Below are positions 19,814 through 29,420 of a stretch of DNA of 64,000 bases, piece after piece. Numbering within the stretch: the stretch's first letter is position 1; every line of letters begins with the position of its first letter. Below the pieces are notes generated by a model that was not told the DNA's origin, ran no database searches, and worked only from the letters and a program-made list of their open reading frames with translations. The translations under genes were made by a program, and so were the position numbers. Source of the stretch: an uncultured delta proteobacterium (GTDB lineage Bacteria; Myxococcota_A; Polyangia; Fen-1088). The stretch spans positions 96,001 through 160,000 of the forward strand of contig CAVYGB010000013.1 in the NCBI GenBank assembly GCA_963767925.1. The letters are read 5' to 3'.

Positions 19814-21553
19814 TCAGGGCTGCGGAGGTGGTTCCTGTTCCGCAGGCCCCTCGATCTTCGGCGGGACAGAGAGCGGGCCGAGTTCGGCGACGAGTTCGGC
19901 CGGGTTGAGGCGGTCGCGGGTGCGAGTCCAGAATTTCGGGGCCAGCTCGAGGTAGCGATCGCGCGGCCAGTGCGGCAGGACCCGGAAGAGGTCACGCAGA
20001 TACTGCTCGGGGTCGAGGCTGTGAAGACGAGCCGAGGCGACGAGGGAAAACAGGTGACCGGCGGCTTGGGCGTGGTCGTCGGAGCCGACGAAGAGCCATG
20101 CCTTCCTGCCCACGGCGATGCGGCGCAACTCGCGCTCCGATCCGTTGTTCGTCGGCTCGAGCCGACCGTCGTCGAGGTAGCGCGTGAGCGCGGCTTTCTG
20201 TCGCACGCAGTAGCCGAGGGCGGTGCGGAGCAGACCGCGTTGATCTTTGACCCGCGCGAACTCTATCTGGGCCCACTCGAAGAAGGCTTCAAGATGCGGT
20301 CGGGCATGAGTCCGGCGCAGAGCCGTTCGCTCGGTCGGCGAGTAGTTCTTCCACTGGCGCTCCAGGGCGAAGATGCGGCCCAGGCGGGCCAGCCCTTCGC
20401 GAGCGACGGCGCTCTTGGCAATCGTGGCCTCCCACAGCTTCCTTCGCGCGTGTGCCAGGCACCCGACCTCGGTGCGCTCGGGGGGGTCAGCAGCAGCGTC
20501 GTCAGGGGGATCGTCGGGCGGGCGGAACAGGATGTCATAGACGCTCTTGGCGTCGGCCTGCACGTAGCCGGCGAAGCCCTTGAACATCTCGCCGACGGCG
20601 GTGGAGGTCTCCTTGGGCGTGTACTCGAACAAGACGTGATCGCGATCGGCGATTTGCACGAAGTAGTGGCCACGCCGGCACGGTTGGCGCCCCTTCTGGG
20701 TGTCGCGCAGCGGCTGGACCAGGACGCCGGTGGCATCGGTCGAGATGCAGAAAGCGTTAGCCATCGCGTCCTTGCGCATGGCCTCGACGACCGTAGCGCC
20801 ACAGGTGGCACCGGCGTGCTCCATCCAGCGGCTCATGGTGCCCCGGTCGATCGGGACGCCGAGGCGGGCGAAGCGATTCTCCTGACGGTGCAGCGGAAGG
20901 CCGTCGCAGTACTTGTCGACAACGATGTGCGCGACCAACGAGACGGTGGCGATCGAGCGCGGAAACATCTCTGGCGGCATCGGCGCGGTGATGATCATGG
21001 TCTTCTCGGGCGCTGGGTCGGCGGCGTCGGGCCGGCGGTACTTTACCCGAGAGACGACGAGCCGGCGTGGGCCGCCACGCTGCCACACGATCTTGCTCGA
21101 CTCCTCGGAGGCGCCCAGCCGCTCGGCCTTGCCCTGGGCGACGAGCGCGTCCATCTCGGGGTTGGGAATCTCGATGTGCTCCTCGAGCATCTTGATTCGG
21201 CGCAGATCTCGGCGACCCTTGGGTCGGGGCCGGGAAGCGGTCTTGCCGTCGGCGCCGTTGCCGTTGGCTCCAATGCCGATGGTGCCGGCAAGCTTGTCGA
21301 GTTCGGCGAGCTTATCCTTGAACTCGAGCTCAAGCTGCTTGGTGTCGACCCGCTCGGCCTTGGCGATGAAGATCCGCCGGCGCATGAGCTCGACGTCGAG
21401 CCACAAGCGATCGTAGGCAGCGCGCAGCTCGTCGCGCTCGCGGACCAGATCGGCGATCCGGGCGTCCCTGTCGGCGAGCGCAGATTCGAGCCGCGCGATC
21501 CGCGCGGCAGCGTCGGTGGGGGGCGTGCTCGTCGAGAAATCCGCGCCGGCCAT
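19814..21553 (-). CDS. tnpC: IS66 transposase TnpC
   Basis: KYCDGLPLHRQ, DATG, GYVQADA, GCLAHARRK, TNNGSERELR, GRKAWLF. Confidence 0.93.
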   Translation of the reverse strand: MAGADFSTSTPPTDAAARIARLESALADRDARIADLVRERDELRAAYDRLWLDVELMRRRIFIAKAERVDTKQLELEFKDKLAELDKLAGTIGIGANGNGADGKTASRPRPKGRRDLRRIKMLEEHIEIPNPEMDALVAQGKAERLGASEESSKIVWQRGGPRRLVVSRVKYRRPDAADPAPEKTMIITAPMPPEMFPRSIATVSLVAHIVVDKYCDGLPLHRQENRFARLGVPIDRGTMSRWMEHAGATCGATVVEAMRKDAMANAFCISTDATGVLVQPLRDTQKGRQPCRRGHYFVQIADRDHVLFEYTPKETSTAVGEMFKGFAGYVQADAKSVYDILFRPPDDPPDDAAADPPERTEVGCLAHARRKLWEATIAKSAVAREGLARLGRIFALERQWKNYSPTERTALRRTHARPHLEAFFEWAQIEFARVKDQRGLLRTALGYCVRQKAALTRYLDDGRLEPTNNGSERELRRIAVGRKAWLFVGSDDHAQAAGHLFSLVASARLHSLDPEQYLRDLFRVLPHWPRDRYLELAPKFWTRTRDRLNPAELVAELGPLSVPPKIEGPAEQEPPPQP

Positions 21554-21612
21554 TCAGTCTCTGAATTGATACTCGCGGGCCGATGGTTTCGTTGATTCAT
21601 GATGATCGATGA

Positions 21613-21963
21613 TCAATGAACGCTTGCCCGCCGACGCTTCGATTTAGCGGCCTCGACGTCGATGCCGTCGAGCAGTGCCTCCAGGGCGCGCTCGTCGATG
21701 GCCACGCTGGTGGCACGTTCGTCGAGCGGCGCGGGCAGCTTGAAGACCCCGACGTCGAGACGTTTATAGAAAACGCACATCCCTGAGCCGTCGAAGAAAA
21801 ACACCTTGACGGCCGTGCGATGCTTCCCGAAGAAGATGAAGAGCGCGCCCGAGCGCGCCTCGCGGCCGATTCGCTCCTCGACGATGCCTGCCAGCCGATC
21901 GAAGCTCCACCTCAGGTCGATGGGCTCCAGCCCGATGAACACCTCCACGCCGTGTGGGATCAT
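21613..21963 (-). CDS. tnpB: IS66 accessory protein TnpB
   Basis: PIDLRWSFDRL, LFIFFGK, DGSG...YKRL. Confidence 0.92.
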   Translation of the reverse strand: MIPHGVEVFIGLEPIDLRWSFDRLAGIVEERIGREARSGALFIFFGKHRTAVKVFFFDGSGMCVFYKRLDVGVFKLPAPLDERATSVAIDERALEALLDGIDVEAAKSKRRRASVH

Positions 21964-22340
21964 CGCCCCACTCCGCGTGTCGCCCGCTGTTCCAGAATCT
22001 CCAGAACCGCCGCCAGCATCGACTCGTCGAATCCAGCCGGCACAACGATCCGCGCACCACCAACCTCGACCTGCAGCGGCGCTGGCGTCAGCGTCGTCCG
22101 GCTGCCTGCGCCAGAGGAAGCCCGCTTCGGGACTCGCACTACTCGCAGAAGGCGCATCCGGGTTGCCGCCACCTTCTTCGGCGCACGGCTAGCCGGACGC
22201 CGACGTGTCTTGCCAAGCCGCCACCCCCAGTGCCGAAGAAGTCCTGCAGAAAATCCCTTCCCTGCGCAGAAGTCTTCGGACTTCTGGCCGCTCGCCCGCC
22301 ATGCCTCTATCCGCGCTGCCCATTCGGTTGCTGTCGCCAT
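21960..22340 (-). CDS. tnpA: IS66 accessory protein TnpA
   Basis: WAARIEAWRASG...FC HTH; C-terminal EVGGARIVVPAGFD. Confidence 0.85.
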   Translation of the reverse strand: MATATEWAARIEAWRASGQKSEDFCAGKGFSAGLLRHWGWRLGKTRRRPASRAPKKVAATRMRLLRVVRVPKRASSGAGSRTTLTPAPLQVEVGGARIVVPAGFDESMLAAVLEILEQRATRGVGR

Positions 22341-22400
22341 GGCATCCAGGATGCCGGGCACCGCTCAACTTGAGTAGAACGGGGTCCGTGCACCGGGTAC

Positions 22401-22845
22401 CCAACTCCGGGTGCAGCCGCTCCACCAGCCCGATCCGCCGCGACACCCAGCTCTTGTGTCGCTGTAGCATCTGGGCGATCTGAACCTGCGTCAGCCCCGT
22501 CGCCGCCAGCTCCCGCAGCACCAACGCCTCCTCCAGCTCTGTCATCGAGAGCGGGCCGCGATTGAGCGCCAGCATCGTCACCCACTGCCCCGCCTCGTCG
22601 AGCGGCATCACCCGCACCATCAGCGTCGGCCACCCAAGCGCCGTCGCCGCCTCCCTCCGCTTGAAGCCGTCCACCAACTCCAGCTTCCCCTCGCGGTCCA
22701 CCGCCACCATCGGTTGCAGCTGCCCCTGCGCCGACAAGCTCTGCCGCATCCGCTCGACCAGCGCTGGCCGCTGGCAACGCGCACGCCCGAGCGTCGTCCC
22801 CAGCATCGCGATCGGGCGCTGCTCGGCCGGGCTCGGCGCTACCAT
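22401..22845 (-). pseudogene. ParB/Srx-like protein truncated by IS66
   Basis: SLSAQGQLQP, LVDGFKR, HTH LTQVQIAQMLQRHKSWVSRR; sequence switches to the IS66 IR after HPELG. Confidence 0.8.
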
Positions 22846-22863
22846 TGTCTCGCTCTCCTCTCG

Positions 22864-23319
22864 TCATGGGGGGCAGTGATCGGACGGGGGCCATCGTCGC
22901 GGCGGTCTCTGCGCCCATCCCACCCGCCCGCACCGCATGCAATGCCCCCGTCGCGGCCATGGAGCCACGTCGACAACCCGCGCGGCTACAGCCTGATCTA
23001 TGTCGATCTTCGGGTCCGGTACCGCCGTGGCCGTGCTCGACGCCGGTGACGGCGCCGAGATGGCGGCCGCCGCGGGCAGCTCCGCCGCTGGGCGCCTCTG
23101 TCGCAAGCCGCTGCGGTAGGCCTCGCACGGTGCCGCTCGACGGAGTCGCCCCCCGGGTGTCGACATGTACTGGGCCTGCGCTCGCCGGCACTGCTCCCGA
23201 CGTGCACGCTCCCGGCAGCCACCGCCGCAGTAGCGCTGTCCGCAATAGCAGCGGCGGCACATGAAAAACGGCCGACCGCACTCCGGCCGGGCGCACTCGA
23301 GAACACGTAGAGGAGCCAC
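22864..23319 (-). CDS. Cys-rich Zn-finger hypothetical protein associated with the element
   Basis: CARPEC...CRRC..GQRYCGGGC...RREQCRRAQAQY and C-terminal CMRCG; GTG start with AGGGA RBS. Confidence 0.65.
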   Translation of the reverse strand: MAPLRVLECARPECGRPFFMCRRCYCGQRYCGGGCRERARREQCRRAQAQYMSTPGGRLRRAAPCEAYRSGLRQRRPAAELPAAAAISAPSPASSTATAVPDPKIDIDQAVAARVVDVAPWPRRGHCMRCGRVGWAQRPPRRWPPSDHCPP

Positions 23320-23435
23320 TCGTCCCTGCGACAGGCGCTGGACGAGACGCAGGGACTGTGCGAAATCGGACCTACCGGATCGCGTCCCTGCGTTTCGGCC
23401 CGAGGGCTCGGAGCTACCAACTCCGGGCCCTCACC
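23320..23435 (-). promoter_or_regulatory. Structured leader with alternative pairings over the RBS
   Basis: GTCCCTGCG at 23322 and 23384 are both complementary to CGCAGGGAC at 23348; separate hairpin 23402-23432. Confidence 0.5.
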
Positions 23436-23739
23436 TTTTCGGTCACCTGCTCAGAGCCGATCTACCCCGACACGACGCTCCGTAGCCAGAAAGGCCGCCT
23501 GGCCGGCGTGGCCGTCAGCCGTCCCCCCCCGAGGGCCTTTTCACCGCCACGGTGGGGGAGAATTACGCCGCCACTCGCACCTATTCTATCGAGATCGCTG
23601 GGTCGAGGCTGTGACGCCGACGCGGGAGCTGCTTCGAGGTCCGGTTCGGTCCGATCTCCTTGTTCTTCCGGGACCGGTACCCAGGTGTCCGAGGTCCGGC
23701 GCGGCCTTTAGATCGCGGCGCCGAGGGGCAGAGTGGATG

Positions 23740-24079
23740 TCAGATATCGCCGCGGGTACGGCTGACGCGGATGCGGGCGTTTTGGGAGCGAACGGGAGCT
23801 TCTGGCAGCGGAGGGAGCCTTCGGGGATGGTTCGGTCCCGCTCCACGAGGACGCAGATCATGTCCGCGAAGACGCAAATGCTGTCACGCAGCGTTCTCGC
23901 TCGGGGGCAATCGACGAGTGGCCGGCGGCGGCCGGCGCATTCCGCTCGGCCTCCTCGCGTGCCAGTTGCTGCTCGGCCGCTGTCACGGCGGCAGCTGATT
24001 CGGACGGCTCGAGAGGGGGACGCGCGTGCGAGCAGTGGCCAAGGAAGACCAGGACCGAGAGCAGCGGAAGGAACCTCAT
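23740..24079 (-). pseudogene. Small exported Cys-containing protein, frameshifted
   Basis: Signal MRFLPLLSVLVFLGHC, then DCPRARTLRDSICVFADMICVL...RC in another frame. Confidence 0.4.
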
Positions 24080-24625
24080 GGTGCGGGTGCGGCTCCTTGA
24101 AGGAGGATTTCGTTGATGGCCAGCGCGTGCTCATAGTCGCTCGTCCGACTGTCGAACGATGATGGACAGTCGGATTCCCCAATCGGCAAGGTGACCGGGA
24201 CGGAACGTCGGGTGACCGGCGCCGGGCACGGGTCCAGCCGTGTTGAACGGTCCACCGTATCGGGTAGGGCGCGGGAGCTGCGATCGTCGCCCGAGAGCTG
24301 CCAGGGACCATTCCCCGAGACATGGCGGAACGCATTTTGCTCGATGCGGGTTCATGAGATGCCTTCCTTCCCTCGGTGCGCTCGCCCAAGCCTTGATCCT
24401 AGCTGGGCCGGCAGTGGCGTCGAAGACGTCGGGCGTCCAGCAGCACGTGGAGATGCGCTGGGCCCTCGTCGTGCGCAATATGCAGCGACGGACAGAAGAG
24501 GCCGTTCCTTCCCCTGTGATCAGAAGCGTTGAACGCCTCGTGAACGCGGCGGTCGAGTGTTGGGCGTCGATCCAAACCTCAGCCTCTCGCGACACGGCCA
24601 ACGCCGCTCCTCCAGGCCCGACGCC

Positions 24626-24910
24626 ATGAGTTCTGTCACCACGACCGCTGCCTGCGGCTCACGCGGCGCAATCCAGGGCCTGCTCGAACGTTTCGCCCGA
24701 GAGCAGGCCCTGAGCACGCGCGAACGTGAGGTCATCGATCTGGCGCTGCAGGAGTTGCACACCAAGGAGATCGCGCACCGACTGGGCTGCGCACCCAGCA
24801 CCGTCGATGAGTACTGGAAGCGAATTTACAAGAAGACGGGCGCCGACTCCAAGTTGGCAGTGCTGTCTCGTCTTCTGGTGCGCGCCCTGCTGGGGCATGG
24901 CACGTGGTGA
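24626..24910 (+). CDS. Stand-alone LuxR-type HTH regulator
   Basis: LSTREREVIDL...TKEIAHRLGCAPSTVDEYWKRIYKKTG. Confidence 0.8.
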   Translation: MSSVTTTAACGSRGAIQGLLERFAREQALSTREREVIDLALQELHTKEIAHRLGCAPSTVDEYWKRIYKKTGADSKLAVLSRLLVRALLGHGTW

Positions 24911-25184
24911 CTGGTCCTCCGGTCCATCCCTGCGGCTCACTCCGGGGCGACCCGGAAAACCCCGGTCGGCGCGGGGCGCTATCGCGATCCTGCCTTCTCA
25001 CCGCCCCCGAGCGGCGCCTTGAATCCTTCCACCAACTGGCCCGGGACGCCTGTGCGTAACGGCGACGACGGCCGGCAGAATCTGGTAGTCCTAGTAGCGA
25101 ATATCATGGGGAAGATCGTGCTGCTGGTTTTTTCGCCACCAGGCTCCGGTTCCCGGACTTCCACTCCCCCGGCAAGGTCTTGAC

Positions 25185-27188
25185 TTGGGCGGCGCGCGCA
25201 CCGTTAGCCCGGCCGACCGACGCCGCCCGCTGCTCTGGTGGGGCATCGCCGCGGTCCTCATTTCGGCATCGTTGATCCTGGTCGCGACCCGCGGCCGGGT
25301 TCGAGAGCCCGAGAGCGCCAAGTTTCCCCTGCCCAAGCCACGTCGCCCGAGTGCATGGGTGGTCCCGCCCAAGCTGATCACGCCACCAGCGCCTGGTCCG
25401 TCGTGGGCGCCACCTACCCGGGGCGGCCCGGCCCTCGAGGTGCGCGTCGAGGACGTCACGGGCGGTGTGATCCCCCATGCGCTGGTGCGGGGCGAGGGGG
25501 AGAGCGGCCGCGCTTTCGGTCGCACGGACGACAGGGGCTCGCTCAGGGCAGACGCCTCCGGTCTGCCGCCGGCGTTACGCATTGTCGCCTCGGCGGATGG
25601 CTATGCTCCGACTTCGACACTGGCCCAGGTGCCGGGGGTGGCCGTCGTCCGGCTGGTGCCTACGAGCCACGTCTCGGGTCGGGTTGTCGAGGCCGGCTCG
25701 GGGAAGCCAGTCCAGGGCCTCACGGTCCGTTGCGATGGTCAGGAGACATCGTCGGCGGCAGACGGCGGGTTCGCCATCACTGGCGTCAACCCCGGTCGCC
25801 ATCGAATCGAAGTCCGCGGGGAAGGCTGGCGGGGCATCCTCTCCGAGCCATTCAAGATTGGTCCGGCAGACATTGTTTCCGACCTCCGCGTGGAGGTCAT
25901 GCGGGCCTTTTCCCTTGCCGGACGGGTGATGGCCGACGGCCAACCCCAACCGGGAAGAACGGTCGAGTTGCTGTCGGCGGGTGGAATGCTGTCGGCTCTC
26001 ACGGACGCCGAGGGACAGTACCGGCACGTCGGCCTTGCCCCGGGCCGATACCAGGTCGTCGTTGCTCGATCCGGCACCCTGCCCACCTTCGTGGAGCAGG
26101 CGGTCTCGATCGTGGATCGCGACGTCACGCTCGACATCCAACTCGACCAGCGTTCGAAGCTGACGTTCGAGGTCGTCGACGGCGCCGGCCGCCCGCTGGC
26201 CGGGACCGCCGTGCACGTTACCCAGAAACATGACGGGATGCAGGCCTCACCGTGGTGCACCACAGACGCGCGCGGGACGTGCAGTGTGACCGATCTGTGG
26301 CCTGGCGTGCTGACCTACGAGACCGACTCCGGACCCGAGCGCACGGCTACGGTGCCCAGGGCGGCGCCCGTTCGGGTGGTGGTGGGTGGGCGTGGCGGGA
26401 TACGTGGACGGCTAATCCGCTCTGATAGACGGCCGGTGGGAGAACGTTATGTCGTCGCCTCTCGGCGGGGCGGGTCGGGCTACGGAAGCGCCCACTCCGA
26501 CGACGAGGGTCGGTTTCAGATTTTCCTGCTACCTGCAGGCACGTACGACATCGAGGTCTACCTTCGCAACTCCATCTCGGCATCGACTCCGCGCGAGGTG
26601 AGCACTGCCGTGACCATCGAGCCGGAACAGACGGCGGAGGTCCTGCTGGAAGTTCCGTCGGCCAGCGGGGCGATCGCGGGTCGGGTGGTGGACGAGGCCG
26701 GTGTTCCGGTCCGGGATGCACTGGTCACATATGACTATTTGGACTCTTCGTCGAAGAACGTGTTTCGCCGCGGGCTGGATTTGTCCTCCAGCGACGACCA
26801 GGGCGCCTTCCGGTTCGACGACGTGCTGAGCTACTACCGCTACGTGGTCACGGCCTATACACGCGACGGCCGTCTAGGCACAGCCATCGGTGTGGCGGTG
26901 GGGGCATCCCCTGTCGTCGTGCGCATCGCGCGACTGGCCGACCTGACCGTTGAGGTCACCGGATTTCGCTCGCCCCAAGTCACCGTCGAGATCCGGCGGA
27001 ACGAGGCGATTGAGACCTTCGACACCGGCGATGGCAGCGGCGCGACCTTCCACTTCGACAATCTGCAGCCTGGTCCCATCATCGTGGTCGCGCGAACCGC
27101 CGACGAGAGAGCGCTGTCCTCGAGCACGCTCGAGGCGGGCCGCGCCGCGACGGTCCGGCTGCGCCCGGCAGTCAGTGACCTTCGATAG
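25185..27188 (+). CDS. Membrane-anchored carboxypeptidase-regulatory-like repeat protein
   Basis: N-terminal TM; repeated GRV...TDxxGxF/Y...L.PG.Y beta-sandwich units; start uncertain. Confidence 0.78.
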   Translation: MGGARTVSPADRRRPLLWWGIAAVLISASLILVATRGRVREPESAKFPLPKPRRPSAWVVPPKLITPPAPGPSWAPPTRGGPALEVRVEDVTGGVIPHALVRGEGESGRAFGRTDDRGSLRADASGLPPALRIVASADGYAPTSTLAQVPGVAVVRLVPTSHVSGRVVEAGSGKPVQGLTVRCDGQETSSAADGGFAITGVNPGRHRIEVRGEGWRGILSEPFKIGPADIVSDLRVEVMRAFSLAGRVMADGQPQPGRTVELLSAGGMLSALTDAEGQYRHVGLAPGRYQVVVARSGTLPTFVEQAVSIVDRDVTLDIQLDQRSKLTFEVVDGAGRPLAGTAVHVTQKHDGMQASPWCTTDARGTCSVTDLWPGVLTYETDSGPERTATVPRAAPVRVVVGGRGGIRGRLIRSDRRPVGERYVVASRRGGSGYGSAHSDDEGRFQIFLLPAGTYDIEVYLRNSISASTPREVSTAVTIEPEQTAEVLLEVPSASGAIAGRVVDEAGVPVRDALVTYDYLDSSSKNVFRRGLDLSSSDDQGAFRFDDVLSYYRYVVTAYTRDGRLGTAIGVAVGASPVVVRIARLADLTVEVTGFRSPQVTVEIRRNEAIETFDTGDGSGATFHFDNLQPGPIIVVARTADERALSSSTLEAGRAATVRLRPAVSDLR

Positions 27189-27350
27189 CAGTCCGCGCTG
27201 TCGTGCGCTGGGTGGCCGCCGCTGGAGTCCGCCGCAGAAGCGGAAGGTGCGCCGAGTCGCTTGAGCGTCCCGAAAACCAGGACGAGACGGATGATCCCAT
27301 TTCTCCTAAATGTCTCTCGAGCCCCATCGAGATTCGAAAGGAGACCAGCA

Positions 27351-27722
27351 ATGAGATCAATCATGGGAATCGGGAGCAAGGCAGCCGCGTTGTTCGCTCT
27401 GGGCATCATGTCGATCGCCTGTCAGAGTCCGCGAGAGCCAGGAGATCCGAAAAGCGACAGCGCGGATCTTGCCTTCGAGCCGGCGGCCAGGGACTGCCAG
27501 ATCGGCGATACGACGATCGAGGGTTTGCCTGAGGGCAGCCAATCCTGTGGGGACGCAAGGGAGATGGCCGGGATTTTGGGAAACGCTGGCAATCCTGTTC
27601 ACATCGAGCAGGAGACCTGCAATACGGATTCAGACGGATTGCTTGAGAGCTCGTTCGTGACGCCCGGAATCGACACCCGATACTCCGTCTCCCTGGCGGC
27701 GGGTCCCTATCTGCCAACGTGA
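27351..27722 (+). pseudogene. Lipoprotein truncated at the IS3 left end
   Basis: GAAAGGAG RBS; lipobox IMSIAC; last codons and stop fall within the IS end. Confidence 0.55.
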
Positions 27723-27749
27723 CCTGAGACGGCGCCGAAGCCGAATTTA

Positions 27750-28178
27750 ATGTCCCAGGGCGAGGCAGGAACGGTAGAGATGAGCAGCGTGTTAGCACAT
27801 GATACCGAGGTCGTGTCGAAGGCAACCCGGCGGAAGTTCACCGCCGAGTACAAGCGAGGGGTTCTCCGTCAGGCCGCGGGGTGCACCAAGCCCGGTGAGT
27901 TGGGGGCTCTGCTGCGCCGGGAGGGGCTGTATTCGTCGCACCTTTCGACCTGGCGTCGGGATATGGAGCAGCGGGGGATGGATGGTCTTGCCCCGAAGAA
28001 ACGTGGGCCGAGGGCAACGCCACCGACGCCAGCGGAGATCGAGAATCGTCGACTACGCCGAGAGAACAGCCTGCTCACGGCCCGGGCGGAGCGCGCGGAA
28101 ATGCTGGTGGAGATCCAAAAAAAAATGGCTTCGCTGCTGGGGCTGGACCTTCCCAAGCCCGACGACGAAAAGTCCTGA
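27750..28178 (+). CDS. IS3 transposase OrfA
   Basis: RRKFTAEYK...GALLRREGLYSSHLSTWRR HTH plus leucine zipper. Confidence 0.88.
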   Translation: MSQGEAGTVEMSSVLAHDTEVVSKATRRKFTAEYKRGVLRQAAGCTKPGELGALLRREGLYSSHLSTWRRDMEQRGMDGLAPKKRGPRATPPTPAEIENRRLRRENSLLTARAERAEMLVEIQKKMASLLGLDLPKPDDEKS

Positions 28179-29380
28179 TGGACGAGACCGTGAAGGCCGA
28201 GCCTGTCCCGGGCGTCAGTGTCGGCTCCATCTGCGGCGCCCTGGGGCTGTCGACGGCGACCTTTTACCGGCGCCGGGCCGCCCTGGCGTGCCAGGCGACG
28301 ATCGAAGCCAAGTCGGCCCCTTCCACGGATCAGCCGGTCGAGCAGTCTCAAGCGGGCGGTCTGCTCGTCGTGGCCGTCTGCGGCCATGATGAGCAGACCG
28401 CAACCGCGCCGCATTTGACCATCGGCCAGGGCGCAGATTCCACACCGGCGCGGAGCGGAGCTGAAACTTCGGCCGCCGCAGCATCGAAGGCGAAGCGGAC
28501 CTCACCACGGGCACTGTCCGCTGAGGAACGCGATCAGGTGATGGCTGCGCTGAACGAGGATCGCTTTTGCAATCTCGCGCCTGCCCAGGTGTTCGCCACC
28601 CTCCTCGACGAGGGGAAGTATCTCTGCTCCGAGAGGACCATGTATCGAATCCTCGTCGACCACGCCCAGCTGCGCGAGCGACGCAATCAACTGCGCCATC
28701 CCCAGTACGCCGCGCCCGAGCTCATGGCGACCGGCCCCAACCAAGCGTGGAGTTGGGACATAACGAAGCTGAAAACCTTCGTGAAGAGCCAGTACCTGCA
28801 CCTCTACGTCATCCTCGACATCTACTCGCGCTACGTCGTCGGCTGGCGAGTCGAGACATGCGAATCCGGCGAGCTCGCCAAGGAGCTCATGGAAACTGCC
28901 TGCGAGCGGCAGAAGATCCCACCCGGCCTCCTCACCATGCATTCGGACAACGGTCCCGCGATGATCTCTCAGTCGGTGGCTTCGCTGCTCATCACCCTCG
29001 ACGTGGCCAAGAGCCACTCGCGGCCCCACGTCTCCGACGACAACCCCTTCTCCGAGGCGCAATTCAAGACGCTCAAGTACCGACCCAACTTCCCCGAGCG
29101 CTTCGCCTCCCTCGAGCACGCTCGCGCCTTCCTGCGGGAGTTTTTCGCCTGGTACAACACCGCCCACCACCACAGCCGGTTGGCCCTCCTCACGCCCCAC
29201 GATGTCCACCACGGCCTCGTTGACCAGCGGATCAGCCAACGAGCCGCCGTCCTGGACGCCGCCTACGCCGCGAAGCCAGAGCGCTTCGTTCGCCGGGCAC
29301 CGACGCCCCGCCGGCCACCGGAAACCGTTTGGATCAATCCACCCAAGCAGTCCCCCGCGACCGAGGAGGCGCGAGCGTAA
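28178..29380 (+). CDS. IS3 transposase OrfB (rve/DDE)
   Basis: WSWDIT, HSDNG, DNPFSEAQFKTLK, WYN. Confidence 0.9.
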   Translation: MDETVKAEPVPGVSVGSICGALGLSTATFYRRRAALACQATIEAKSAPSTDQPVEQSQAGGLLVVAVCGHDEQTATAPHLTIGQGADSTPARSGAETSAAAASKAKRTSPRALSAEERDQVMAALNEDRFCNLAPAQVFATLLDEGKYLCSERTMYRILVDHAQLRERRNQLRHPQYAAPELMATGPNQAWSWDITKLKTFVKSQYLHLYVILDIYSRYVVGWRVETCESGELAKELMETACERQKIPPGLLTMHSDNGPAMISQSVASLLITLDVAKSHSRPHVSDDNPFSEAQFKTLKYRPNFPERFASLEHARAFLREFFAWYNTAHHHSRLALLTPHDVHHGLVDQRISQRAAVLDAAYAAKPERFVRRAPTPRRPPETVWINPPKQSPATEEARA

Positions 29381-29420
29381 ATTCAACAGTTGGCGCTCTC
29401 AAAATCGTTGACGGGTTCCG

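Larger units (their letters stand above)
19731..22400 (-). mobile_element. IS66-family insertion sequence (2670 bp)
   Basis: Terminal IRs GTACCCGCTGCACGGACCCCGTGCT / GTACCCGGTGCACGGACCCCGTTCT enclosing tnpA-tnpB-tnpC. Confidence 0.93.
22401..23579 (-). mobile_element. Left end of an IS21-like element; transposase portion deleted
   Basis: Terminus 5'-TGCGAGTGGCGGCGTAATTCTCCCCCACCGTGGCGGTGAAAAGG with tandem GTGGCGG repeats, followed by Zn-finger and ParB genes. Confidence 0.55.
27705..29420 (+). mobile_element. IS3-family insertion sequence (ends approximate)
   Basis: orfA/orfB pair; imperfect IRs (gccaacgtgacctgagac vs reverse complement of ctctcaaaatcgttgacgggttccg); A9 slippery run at 28117-28125. 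Confidence 0.8.

Noticed and set aside
23420..23580. Group II intron 5' end (GTGCG on the minus strand at 23580)
   Set aside because: Opposite strand to both intron remnants, no RT follows, and the TG terminus with tandem repeats fits an IS end better
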